A stretch of DNA of 63,238 nucleotides, counting the filler, from Octopus bimaculoides (taxonomy: Eukaryota), in assembly GCF_001194135.2 (NCBI RefSeq). It is 7 parts of 6 records of this genome, joined end to end, with 100 filler letters (N's around TTAATTAATTAA, not from the genome) between each part and the next. Parts side by side here need not be neighbours in the genome. Positions count along the whole stretch, not along the records: positions 1 to 8,790 come from NC_068990.1; positions 8,891 to 15,723 come from NC_068987.1; 5 more parts are not named here. One strand, written 5' to 3'. The notes beneath the pieces are model-generated. The model ran no database searches. It was given only the letters and a program-made list of their open reading frames with translations, and was not told the origin of the DNA. Below, one piece after another: positions 1 through 10,252 of the stretch. Made by a program: the position numbers and the translations under genes. How positions within the stretch are numbered: the stretch's first letter is position 1; every line of letters starts with the position of its first letter.

Positions 1-35
<35 letters not shown>

Positions 36-517
36 CTTCGTAGTTTAGCTGGGTGTGTTTACTATTGGTAGTCTTTATCAACAGAGCTCTGTAATCAATA
101 TCTAGCTGACATGCATATAACGAATTGTCAGTGAAGACGGCCGTTTAGTAGACATGATAATACTTCAGTCACATTTAGGAGGAGGTCACTCTGCTTAAAC
201 TATTCATACACAAGGGACATCACTCGTTAAATTGTTACACTCAATGAATGTATTGACAACTGACTTACACACACACACCTACACCTACGCAGAATTCAAA
301 CTAAAGGTGCTCGACTAATTGGCATGAAGTCGCTCACAAACACTTTTCGGCTTCTAGCTCACGTCTTTCTTTCTGTTCTGCCTTTTGTACCAGTACAACA
401 GTGACTTCTGCTCCTTGGAAGTTGTCTGATCTCGCATCACCTTGACTCCCCTCCTCTCTTGAACCATATTGTTTCCCACACCCCAGGCCCGGGCTGGGGA
501 CTAACCAATATATCTAG
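1..517 (+). mobile_element. Possible non-autonomous Helitron (3' end signature)
   Basis: GC-rich hairpin ccccag-gcccggg-ctgggg at 481-499, then CTAG at 514-517 followed by T, matching the Helitron 3' end rule. Window opens in (TA)n; no 5' TC is visible. Confidence 0.35.
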
Positions 518-532
518 TCCTTCCTCCTCAAC

Positions 533-1383
533 ACAGAAGATCGAACAGGACATCCAGTTGAGTTTGATGATAAGCTCCTTGAGGCATTACTTGAAGAAAA
601 TCCTGCATTATCAGTTGAAGAATTGGCAATAAAGCTTAGTTCAAACCATACAACTGTTCATCGTCATCTTCAACAACTTGGAAAGGTTCCTAAACTTGGA
701 AAATGGGTGCCTCATGAATTGTCCGAAAGCAGTCGCAAATCCCAAGTTATCTGCTCTTCTCTCCATTCTCGCGAACCCATTTCACCCTTTTTGGATAGAC
801 TTGTGACTAGTGATGAAAAATGGATCTTCTATCGAAATGTTAGACGTCGTAAACAATGGCTTGGTAAAAGGGAAAAAGCTCAACCACAACCGAGCAGGGG
901 ATTTCATGGTAAAAAGGTTCTTCTCTCTATCTGGTGGGATTGCAAAGGAGTAGTTCACTTTGAATTGTTATCACCTAATGCAACAATCAATGCTCAAGTC
1001 TACTGTCAGCAATTAGAGCGTTTGAACCAAGCGTTGAAGAAAAAAAAGACCCGCTTTAGTGAATCGAAAAGGAGCGATGTTTCATCAGGACAATGCATGA
1101 CCCTACACTGCAAAGATCACATCACTGAAGATCGAAGAGCTTGGTTGGGAAAAAATTCCTCATCCACCTTATTCTCCCAATCTTGCTCCCTCAGACTACC
1201 ATTTGTTTCGTAGTTTACAGATTAATTTGGGGGACATAACCTTCGCAAGCCAGGAGGAGGTTGAAACTGACATTTCAGAGTTCTTCGCTTTGAAACCAAA
1301 AGAGTTTTACATTGATAGGATTAAAAAGCTTGTAAATAGATGGAAGGAAGTCAGATAATCAGGGAAAGTACATTGATGATTAA
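533..1383 (+). pseudogene. Mariner (DD34D) transposase pseudogene, 5'-truncated
   Basis: Translation gives WVPHEL, TSDEKW, QDNA* and HPPYSPNLAPSDYHLF. Frameshifts at the poly-A near 1040 and near 1352; stop at 1381-1383. The right end runs into an N gap. Confidence 0.95.
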
Positions 1384-1575
1384 ATTTCAATTAAATATAA
1401 CATTTGATCACTTATTTTCTTTATTCAAAATTNNNNNNNNNNNNNNNNNNNNNNNNNNNNNNNNNNNNNNNNNNNNNNNNNNNNNNNNNNNNNNNNNNNN
1501 NNNNNNNNNNNNNNNNNNNNNNNNNNNNNNNNNNNNNNNNNNNNNNNNNNNNNNNNNNNNNNNNNNNNNNNNNNN

Positions 1576-1612
<37 letters not shown>

Positions 1613-1695
1613 CAGACATCATATATATGTGTGCGTGTGTGTATGTATATATATATATATATATATATATACTTTTACGTGTTTTAGTATTTGAT

Positions 1696-2003
1696 AGCGG
1701 CCATGTCAGTCACTGCCTTGAAGGGTTTTCTTTAGTCGAACAAATCGACCCCAGGGTCTATTTTTATAGCCTAGTACTTATTCTATCGCTCTATTATACC
1801 AATCCGGCTGTCAAGCGGTTATGTGATAAAGGGGGATAAACACAGACAGAAATATATACACACACACACACATACATGGGCTTTTTTTCAGTTTCCATCT
1901 ACTAAATTCACTCACAAGGCTGTGGTCGGACCGAGGCTATAGTAGAAGACTCTTGCCCAAGGTGCCGCGCAGTAGAACCGAACTCCAAACCATGTGGTTG
2001 GGA
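1696..2003 (-). mobile_element. tRNA-headed SINE with CORE-like central block (family D)
   Basis: Reverse complement contains ggcaccttgggcaagagtcttctactatagcc (CORE-like) and an internal microsatellite. Related pieces at 5031-5150, 18105-18269, 31810, 40950, 43925 and 53875. Confidence 0.8.
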
Positions 2004-2119
2004 TGCAAGCTTCTTACCACACACACATTTATGTATTTGGTTTGTAAGATTCCTGATGTGAAACGCGTGTTGAAACGTATTGTTATATTTCGGAATGGCA
2101 AGATGTAAACATTAGCCGC

Positions 2120-2651
2120 ATGGGGTTCTCAACCACCAGACCGCACAGACAGAATAGTCATTGTCGTGGTCGTCCACCTCCTCGGCATTAATTCGTATCC
2201 GAGTAGTTAATCTGTGGTGAGTGATTGAGCATCTTTTTCCTGATGGGTGCGAAGAGTGTTGGCGCTTGAGGTGGCTGTTCAGGTCAATTGTGGTATAGAA
2301 AAGCTGAGGCGTTTATCGCAGGAGAGATTTGACGGAGGAGTGCGAGACGTTCTTTGCGTCTTCGACGTCTGATCTCTGCTTCTTGACGCCTGTTATTTTC
2401 CATCTGGTCTGTTCCCTTGACAAAGGCATACCGCTACTTTAGGCGGTGCTTGTCGATTGTCTCCCAAGAATTTGGCTCAGATGAAGCAGCGGAGGAGAGT
2501 GGCATTGAGTTGGACTCAAAAACGGAATTTGGAGACTCTGCATGGTCTGGTGCCTGAGGTCATCTCCGCAAAGAGTTGACAGGAGAGGTGCGTTTGTGAC
2601 ATATGTATGATGTGTCCTAATCAGCGGAGGCGATGTCGTACCATGGCAGCT
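2120..2651 (-). mobile_element. RTE-clade LINE 3' fragment, degenerate
   Basis: Minus strand reads RHRLR*LGHIIHM...KFRF*VQLNATL, then after a frameshift NSWETIDKHRLK*R...RRRRRKER, typical of the RTE/BovB-like ORF C-terminus. Confidence 0.8.
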
Positions 2652-2708
2652 TCAATACTGGGCGCGCGGTCGTAACAGAATCTCTTCATTATCAATATAG
2701 TCCTTCCA

Positions 2709-3107
2709 AGGCGGCGAGCTGGCAGAATCGTTAGCACGCCGGGCGAAATGCTTAGCGGTATTTCGTCTGCCGTTACGTTCTGAGTTCAAATTCCGCCGAG
2801 GTCGACTTTGCCTTTCATCCTTTCGGGGTCGATAAATTAAGTACCAGTTACGCACTGGGATCGATGTAATCGACTTAATCCGTTCGTCTGTTCTTGTTTG
2901 TTCCCTCTATGTTTAGCCCCTTGTTGGCAATAACGAAATAGGTATTTTGTCTATCTTTATGTTCTGAGATCAAATTCCACCGTGGTCGACTTTGCCGCCT
3001 TTTATCCTTTCGGAGTCGATAAATTAAGTGCCAATTGCGTACTGTGTCGATCTAATTGACTGGCTCCCTCCACCAAAATTTCGGGCCTTGTGCCTAGAGT
3101 AGAAAAG
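2709..3107 (+). mobile_element. Dimeric tRNA-derived SINE (Meta-like core twice) with 15-bp TSD
   Basis: Head ggcggcgagctggcagaatcgttagc; two copies of the gtcgactttgcc...tcctttcgg(g/a)gtcgataaattaagt(a/g)cca core; flanked by aatatagtccttcca at 2694-2708 and 3108-3122. Confidence 0.9.
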
Positions 3108-3475
3108 AATATAGTCCTTCCATCGAATCCATATGGAATCGAAGGAATAAATTCTAAAATTTTATTTCTATCTTATTGACTATTGCAGCCTTAAGGATGT
3201 TTTTACCTTATGTATTATTATACATGTAATATATATGCATGATATATGTGATAATCAAATTATATTATTATGAACTTTATTGTGTTTTGTGATGTGCGTG
3301 ATCCCCTATCCGTGGAAAAATTGTCTGTATGAAACTAGTTGGTGGGGCGAAAAACGTTAGAGGTCGCTATAGTAGAGAGAATCGAGAAGTCATAGGCGAC
3401 AAGTGTACACGGGGCAACAACTGCACGAACACTCGGTGGTGCTGAAAGGAAAACAAAAGCAAAAAAAGAAAAAAA

Positions 3476-3520
3476 ATGTGGAATTTCAACTATGAGACGT
3501 TGAATGTGGAGAATGCACAG
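3476..3520 (+). other. Candidate first coding exon (MWNFNYETLNVENAQ)
   Basis: ATG at 3476 in a CpG-containing unique region; strong donor CAG|gtgagc at 3520/3521. No recognised homology. Confidence 0.2.
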
Positions 3521-5030
3521 GTGAGCGAAGGAGCGGCCACTCCACTTGACAGCAGTATCATAGATAGCGCAGTTAGGAATATCAGGCCCAAAAAGTAGCT
3601 GTTCCATTTGAAATCGTGTATGTGATGTTTAAAATATCTGGCGAAGTAAGATTCAGACACCTTGATCGCCACATTTAATTACATAAAGGCAAAGGTATCA
3701 ACATATGAAAGAATATCATACGTACAACTGTGGTATCTGTATCCGTGTATTCTAGGATCCCTGTTATTGGTTAATGGCCTTATTTCCTTCCTGGTTATAC
3801 CCATCATCGCCACCACATCACCTTTCGCCTCGCTACTACCTCTCATTCTCTCCTTCACTATTACCACTATAAAACAGACGCTCCATCACCACTACCATTT
3901 CCCCCGGGGGTCAACGCAATCGCCTGTTCCTATATTCATTATCACCACCATCGCCACTGCCATTAGCACTAACGCTAAGTCCATTACTATGATCGCTATC
4001 ATCAATCACCACAAACCCTGTCTTCACTATCTTTGACCCCATGTACACCACAACATCCCCACTCCTTTAGCCCCCACCCCGTTACAAACATTACAAACCT
4101 AGAATAGCTTTCTCTCTGTGTGTCTTTCTACCTAGGTTCTCTGTATAACTAGCTATACTAAATTACAAACCACAAGTAGGTTTTGATCCTATTTTATTGG
4201 ACTCATGGCTATAGATTAAAGGTGTGTATGTATTTACGCTTACATGTATATGTGTGTGTATGTATGTATGTATGTATGTACGTACGTACGTATGTATTTA
4301 TGTATATATGTATGTGAACCGTATCTAACATTTAACTACTTCATACAGACAACGCAATCACCTTAAGTTTGCACTATATACTTTGACAAAAGTAATACTA
4401 CCAAATAGCCAGTCATTATGAATAACAGTACCCACTGTTAAGCCACCACTAAAACCGCCATCTCTGCTGTATTAACTCCAGTACCACCCAACCATCACCA
4501 CCACCACCGCCGCCGCCACCACCTTACTATCAACATCACTGCGAGTATTATCACATTAAGATTGTCAGCAGAAACCGACACACACACACCACCACCACCG
4601 TTAGAAGTACCGCTACTATGGCCATCACTACACCAATGCTATTCCACCACCTCCACCCCTAACATCTCTCTACTACAAACATCATCAGTTTCCAACCATT
4701 GAATAACTTACTGCAGATTCCTTTACAAGCAACTAACAGTAAGTAAGAACTTTTTTTTTTGACTATTTTAATGGGATGAATGATATGGGATGCCGCCTGT
4801 CTCTCTTTCTCCCTCTCTCTCAATATTTAATTTCTCAATCAATCAATCTATCTATCTATCCGTACATACATACATAGAGTGGGGCAGACAGGCGCACAGA
4901 CCGTGGAGTTACTTATTCATGTTTAGGATACTATGAATAGAGAACCCAAAGTGCTTGGATGAACCAGATTGTATTTTGTCGGAGTCATTGTCTTAATAAA
5001 TACACTCATACGTTGCGGGCGCAGACATAG

Positions 5031-5150
5031 CCTTGTGATTCCAAAGTTTGCTTCACAGTCACATAGTTTTGGTTTCAGTCCGACTGCGCGGCACCTTGGG
5101 CAAGTGTCGGCCAAACCAATGTTTTATGAATGGAAGTGATGGAGGGTAAC
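5031..5150 (+). mobile_element. CORE-like SINE 5' fragment (family D)
   Basis: cagtccgactgcgcggcaccttgggcaagtgtc matches the family D head and core. Confidence 0.65.
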
Positions 5151-5243
5151 TGAGGAGAGCGAAAGTAAAGAATACGTATACCTGATGTTTAGGGTTAGAG
5201 TTAGGGTTTTTGTTACGCTGAAAACGGGTGGTGTACGTATTCT

Positions 5244-5552
5244 GGGGCTAATACAGTTTCGCACCACTCCTTGAAAAATGCATGTTTTTGAAAGGTTTCT
5301 TTTTTCTTTCAGATTCTTATTAAGTTTTATAACATTAATTATTAAATATTTGTTTGTTTCTCATAAAATGGTGTATATTTAATTTACATTATCTTATTAT
5401 TTACGATTATTTAAGGCAAACACGAATAAAATGCAAATTAAAAAAATTTTTTTGTTTTGCATATTCGTCATCTAAAACGTAGAAATCCGAAAAAATGCTT
5501 TCAAAAAAAAAAATGCATTTTTCAAGGAGAGGTGCGAAACTGCATTAGCCCC
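5244..5552. mobile_element. MITE with ~40-bp TIRs and 8-bp TSD (Merlin-like)
   Basis: TIR ggggctaatacagtttcgcaccactccttgaaaaatgcat versus its near-perfect reverse complement ending at 5552; TSD cgtattct at 5236-5243 and 5553-5560. Confidence 0.85.
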
Positions 5553-5719
5553 CGTATTCTTTACCTCCGCCCACTGAGAAGTGTGTGTGGTGCGGGTGGG
5601 TCTACGTTTCCTCATTCATACTGTGTTAGTAAAAACGGTATCTTTGTTTACAATTACCGATAAACAAAACTTCCGCAGTTACGGCTTTGGACGTATAAGG
5701 ACCAGTGGAATTAAAGAAA

Positions 5720-5752
<33 letters not shown>

Positions 5753-5949
5753 AACATCTCATTTGGAACCAATCATACAAAATCTGCCTTGATAAGAAGT
5801 TTCACCTGAGTTGGCATCGAAAAACCGACGTAAAATCGGACAACACACACACACACATGTATTTATGTATGTGCCATATGCATGTTACCTCTCTGTCAAT
5901 GTGACTGCTAGTCTATCAATAAATTTACCCGTTTCTCTATCTACCTAGT

Positions 5950-5958
5950 GACTGTCTG

Positions 5959-6007
<49 letters not shown>

Positions 6008-6290
6008 TTATCTATCTATCTATCTGTCTGTCTGTCAATCAATTTGTCTGTCTGTCTGTCTATCTGTCTCTTTATCTATCTATCTGTCTGTCAATCAATT
6101 TGTCTGTCTGTCTGTCTATCTGTCTCTTTATCTATCTATCTATCTATCTATCTATTTATCTATATGTCTGTCTGTCTGTCTGTCAATCAATTTGTCTGTC
6201 AATCAATTTGTCTGTCTGTCTATCTACCTATCTGCCTGTCTGTCAGTCTATCTATCTATTTATCTATCTGTCTCTGTCTGTCTGTCTATC
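5950..6290. repeat. Compound (TCTA)n/(TCTG)n microsatellite
   Basis: Directly visible; explains the spurious ORFs at 5948 and 6100. Confidence 0.95.
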
Positions 6291-6714
6291 AAGCGTAGAG
6301 AAGTGGATGTTAGACGGTGATGATGATGCATGCGTAAATATGTGTTGATGGTAAGCATCATGTGTGAATGTAAGACACATAATACTGTAATGTTGTAGTT
6401 TAGATGCAGGTCAGTTATGATCATTATCAGGTACTCTCTGCTCTCAACAGGTTCAATACCATGTATCACCATCTCAGTCATTTTTGTTTTCTGTTCTTTT
6501 ATATTCATTGTAGTTTAGGTCTACCTAATTATTATTAATATTATTCATTCATACTATTTGTAGTTTTGCTCTCCCTCTCTTTCTATTTATTTTACCTTTT
6601 ATTAACAGTCTCTGTAAATCACTTTCCTTATCAAATGTCCAAAATATTTTAGTTTATTTTCTCTTTGATGGAGTGTAATAAAATTTTCTTAGTTTTTAAT
6701 TCTTAGCACCTCAT

Positions 6715-6928
6715 TAAGGTGGTGAGCTGGCAGAAATGTTAGCACACCGGGCGAAATGCTTAGTGGTATTTCGTCTATCTTTACATTCTAATTTCAAATT
6801 CCACTGAGTTGACTTTGCCTTTCATACTTTCGGGGTTGATAAATTAAGTACCAGTTGCGTACCGAAGTCAATCTAATCGACTGGCCCCCTCCCCCAAAAT
6901 TTCGGGCCTTGTGCCTAGAGTAGAAAAG
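6715..6928 (+). mobile_element. Full-length Meta-like SINE monomer with 16-bp TSD
   Basis: tRNA-like head, core, tail gtgcctagagtagaaaag; TSD attcttagcacctcat at 6699-6714 and 6929-6944. Confidence 0.92.
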
Positions 6929-7084
6929 ATTCTTAGCACCTCATAATTGATTTAGAGTTCTGGTCATGATATTCTCAAATGTTTTCTATATGTCCACATC
7001 TGAAAGGTTTCTAATCTGTTTGAGAACACTTTTGTTAATATTTTTACTTCAATTCCATATTACAGAGTGGACCATGTCACATAA

Positions 7085-7300
7085 CTTGCCGGTGTCATGT
7101 AACTGGCACCTGCGCTGGTGGCACGTAAAAGCACCCATTACACTCTTGGAGTGGTTGGTGTTACAAAAGGCATCCAACTGTAGAAACCATGCCAAATCAG
7201 ACTGGAACCTAGTGCAGCCCTCCCACTTACCAGCTTCAGCCAAACTGTCTAATCCAACATAGAAAGCAGATGCTAAATGATGATAATAATGATGATGATG
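7085..7300 (+). mobile_element. Non-autonomous retroelement/SINE with (GAT)n tail, probably RTE-mobilised
   Basis: Block ggttggtgttacaaaaggcatccaactgtagaaacc and tail gctaaatgatgat; a related copy follows at 7455-7660. Confidence 0.6.
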
Positions 7301-7454
7301 ATTCTTTCAGAGGTTTTGATTTTGATGTTTTTTGATGTTAATACAAGTGGCATTTTTTAAAAATGACTTTCTAGCTGTCTTGATCCTTTTGATCTCTGCT
7401 TCAGATTTGTCTCTTCAATTAGTTTTCTCACATATAAGTACCCCACCACCACCA

Positions 7455-7660
7455 TGTGAGCTGCATGGCAACCTCCCTGGTGCTGGTGACAGAAAGAAAA
7501 AAAAAGCACCCAATACACACTGTCATGTGGTTAGTGTTAGGAAAGGCATCCAGCCATAAAAACCATGTCAAAACTGACACTTGGACACAATGTGTTCCTT
7601 GGACCCATTGAAGCTGTACAACCCATGCTAGCATGGAACACAGATGTTAAATGATGATAA
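7455..7660 (+). mobile_element. Second diverged copy of the (GAT)n-tailed element
   Basis: ggttagtgttaggaaaggcatccagccataaaaacc ... gatgttaaatgatgat. Confidence 0.6.
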
Positions 7661-7894
7661 AAACACAGCAGCTCCTTGTTAATCTTTTTTTTTTTGGAAA
7701 ATCCTCATATATATAATATAAATAATATATAAATATATGCATATATCCATGCATATATGTACATATCTATATATATATATATGTAAATATACATGCATAT
7801 ATGGGTACAGGACATCAAAAAAAATGTTGAACACAATGAAAAACGAAAACATAAAAACGAACTGTTTTTGAACGACGAAAAGACAAACAGAGAA

Positions 7895-8020
7895 ACGAGA
7901 CATGCAACATAAAGAGTATACCCCTTCGTCAGTTGTCCCTGTTTCATCTCCTCTGCATTTCGAAGGCAAGAAACAGGGACAACTGACGAAGGGGCATACT
8001 CTTCATGTTGCATGTCTCGT
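7895..8020. repeat. Inverted repeat: 51-bp arms, 24-nt loop
   Basis: 7895-7945 versus the reverse complement of 7970-8020 is 49/51 identical. Embedded in a dispersed repeat (~7810-8020) resembling PLE termini. Confidence 0.95.
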
Positions 8021-8088
8021 ACATACATACACACACACACACACACATATATATAGATATGTATGTATGTATGTGTATATATGTATGT

Positions 8089-8122
<34 letters not shown>

Positions 8123-8550
8123 ATATATATATATGTGTATGNNNNNNNNNNNNNNNNNNNNNNNNNNNNNNNNNNNNNNNNNNNNNNNNNNNNNNNNNNN
8201 NNNNNNNNNNNNNNNNNNNNNNNNNNNNNNNNNNNNNNNNNNNNNNNNNNNNNNNNNNNNNNNNNNNNNNNNNNNNNNNNNNNNNNNNNNNNNNNNNNNN
8301 NNNNNNNNNNNNNNNNNNNNNNNNNNNNNNNNNNNNNNNNNNNNNNNNNNNNNNNNNNNNNNNNNNNNNNNNNNNNNNNNNNNNNNNNNNNNNNNNNNNN
8401 NNNNNNNNNNNNNNNNNNNNNNNNNNNNNNNNNNNNNNNNNNNNNNNNNNNNNNNNNNNNNNNNNNNNNNNNNNNNNNNNNNNNNNNNNNNNNNNNNNNN
8501 NNNNNNNNNNNNNNNNNNNNNNNNNNNNNNNNNNNNNNNNNNNNNNNNNN

Positions 8551-8784
8551 ACTGTGCTGGCTGGCAGGAGAAGCAGGTGCTACCATATGCACTCTCTTAA
8601 CATGTCTTTTTAGACCTCCAACTGAGAGGCACACCCTTCCACATTTTACACACATTCTGTAATGAATTTTAATAGCCACAACATTGTTTATCATGGGTTG
8701 ATTTCTATGAGAATTTTGATGGCTCACCAGGCCTGCACAACTCAAACACCTCCGCCCACAAACCACACACATAAAAAGCAACAC
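8551..8784 (-). mobile_element. Two tandem C2H2 zinc fingers, probably the C-terminus of an RTE-like LINE ORF
   Basis: CVVCGRRCLSCAGLVSHQNSH and CVKCGRVCLSVGGLKRHVKRVH; no TGEKP linkers; bounded by gaps on both sides. Confidence 0.55.
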
Positions 8785-8890
8785 TCTCTCNNNNNNNNNN
8801 NNNNNNNNNNNNNNNNNNNNNNNNNNNNNNNNNNTTAATTAATTAANNNNNNNNNNNNNNNNNNNNNNNNNNNNNNNNNNNNNNNNNNNN

Positions 8891-10230
8891 GTAACACTGC
8901 CAAGCCAGGGATTTTTGGTAATTATCCAAATACCCCGGCCTGAAGGTTTTCTGGAACAGGTTGGTCAGTTGGTTCTCATCGAACCCCAGAGCCCCTCCTA
9001 GGACATCGTCATTTTTTGCCTCTACCAGCCCTCTATAGAATACCGAGGTGGTATTTCCGCAGCCAGCTTTGTCTGCCCTGTGGATTAGCTTCCCCATGCT
9101 CGAGCAGACCGCTCTCCCTGAACCGAGCGAAATGCTGGTGAAAAGCCTTTTGCATCTCCTCCTGTCCATAGATCTTGCGTCCTCGTTCGTCGGTTAAAGA
9201 CTTAATACAGGACTTCTTGCCTTTCCTCCTCACGACATGCCTATCTGGTTACGTTAATTCCTTCTCATTTCCCTGCATGTAATTTAGCTCTGACTCTGCA
9301 ACCTTCGTGCTTGGCGTTGAGGTGACGATACAAGACCGTTCTCGCCACTAACACTCTAGATGCGGAGCCAGATTCCAATGCCTCGTCTAATGGACTCTAA
9401 ACAGATGGCTCTTTTGAGGGCGTGCCACCATCTATTATTAATGATGGTGCCACATAATGCCCTCTGAACTAACTCCTTGATCTGGGCATGGAAAGCTTCA
9501 CAAGTCAAAATAGACTTATTCATTTTCCAGTACCCGGTCCCTGTCTATGACACTTATCTACATGCACCACACACGTCACAAGCTTGTGATCAGTGTAAGG
9601 TACAATACAGAATTGTGGACAGCTAACAGTATCCTTATCTAGGTCCTTAACGAATACTCTATCTAAGTGCGATCTGCATGAGCCATCATTATTACTCCAA
9701 GTCCACTGTGGAACATTTGGCTCACTCAGTTGGTAACGGTCTACTAGCCCCTTGAGGCAAGGATTTCCCTTCTTATCAGTCGAGCCCACACTATCGACCT
9801 GTGCATCAAGAATAGTGTTGAAGTCCCCTACCATTACTACTGTTTTTGATGCCACCAGAAAGTGCTCCAGGTTCCGGTAAAAACCCGCCTGCTTACACTC
9901 TATAGGAGCATAGACAGCTACCAACCTGAAGGACTGCTTATTCACATGAGTCACATCCAGGACAACCAGCCTACCTTCTGGGTCCAGAAAGACAGTTCTA
10001 GCCTGTAAGTTCAAGTTCTTCTTGATAAGGACTGCCACGCCTGCACCTCCTCCTCAGCTAGGAGAAGTGAATTTCTTGTAACCATTCAGAAGAGACGAGA
10101 ACGCTTGAGGTCCCTTCATCTTGGACTCGGTTACAATAACCATATCTGTTCTATGTGTTGTGAGGTCATTCAGGAAACGAGCCTGTTTCCATCTCGACCC
10201 CATTCCACGCACATTTAAACAGCCTAACAC
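8891..10230 (-). pseudogene. ORF2: APE endonuclease, linker and start of RT, with stops and frameshifts
   Basis: GCLNVRG...VTESK...S*GGGAGVAVLIKK...LVAVYAP...VGDFN...WTW...SHLDRVFV...YTDHKLV, then the GPG motif and IKSLTDERGRKIYGQEEMQKAFHQHF. Confidence 0.92.
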
Positions 10231-10252
10231 CGAAGAAAAAGAAAATATTTAC

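Noticed and set aside
3335-3672. Minus-strand signal-peptide-like ORF and strong acceptor at 3447
   Set aside because: The pyrimidine tract is just the complement of an A-rich run, and no consistent donor or homology supports it.
8835-8846. TTAATTAATTAA centred in N-runs (also ~15768, ~20600, ~32445, ~51404, ~55508)
   Set aside because: An identical 12-mer with stops in all six frames sitting inside gaps is an assembly spacer, not biology.
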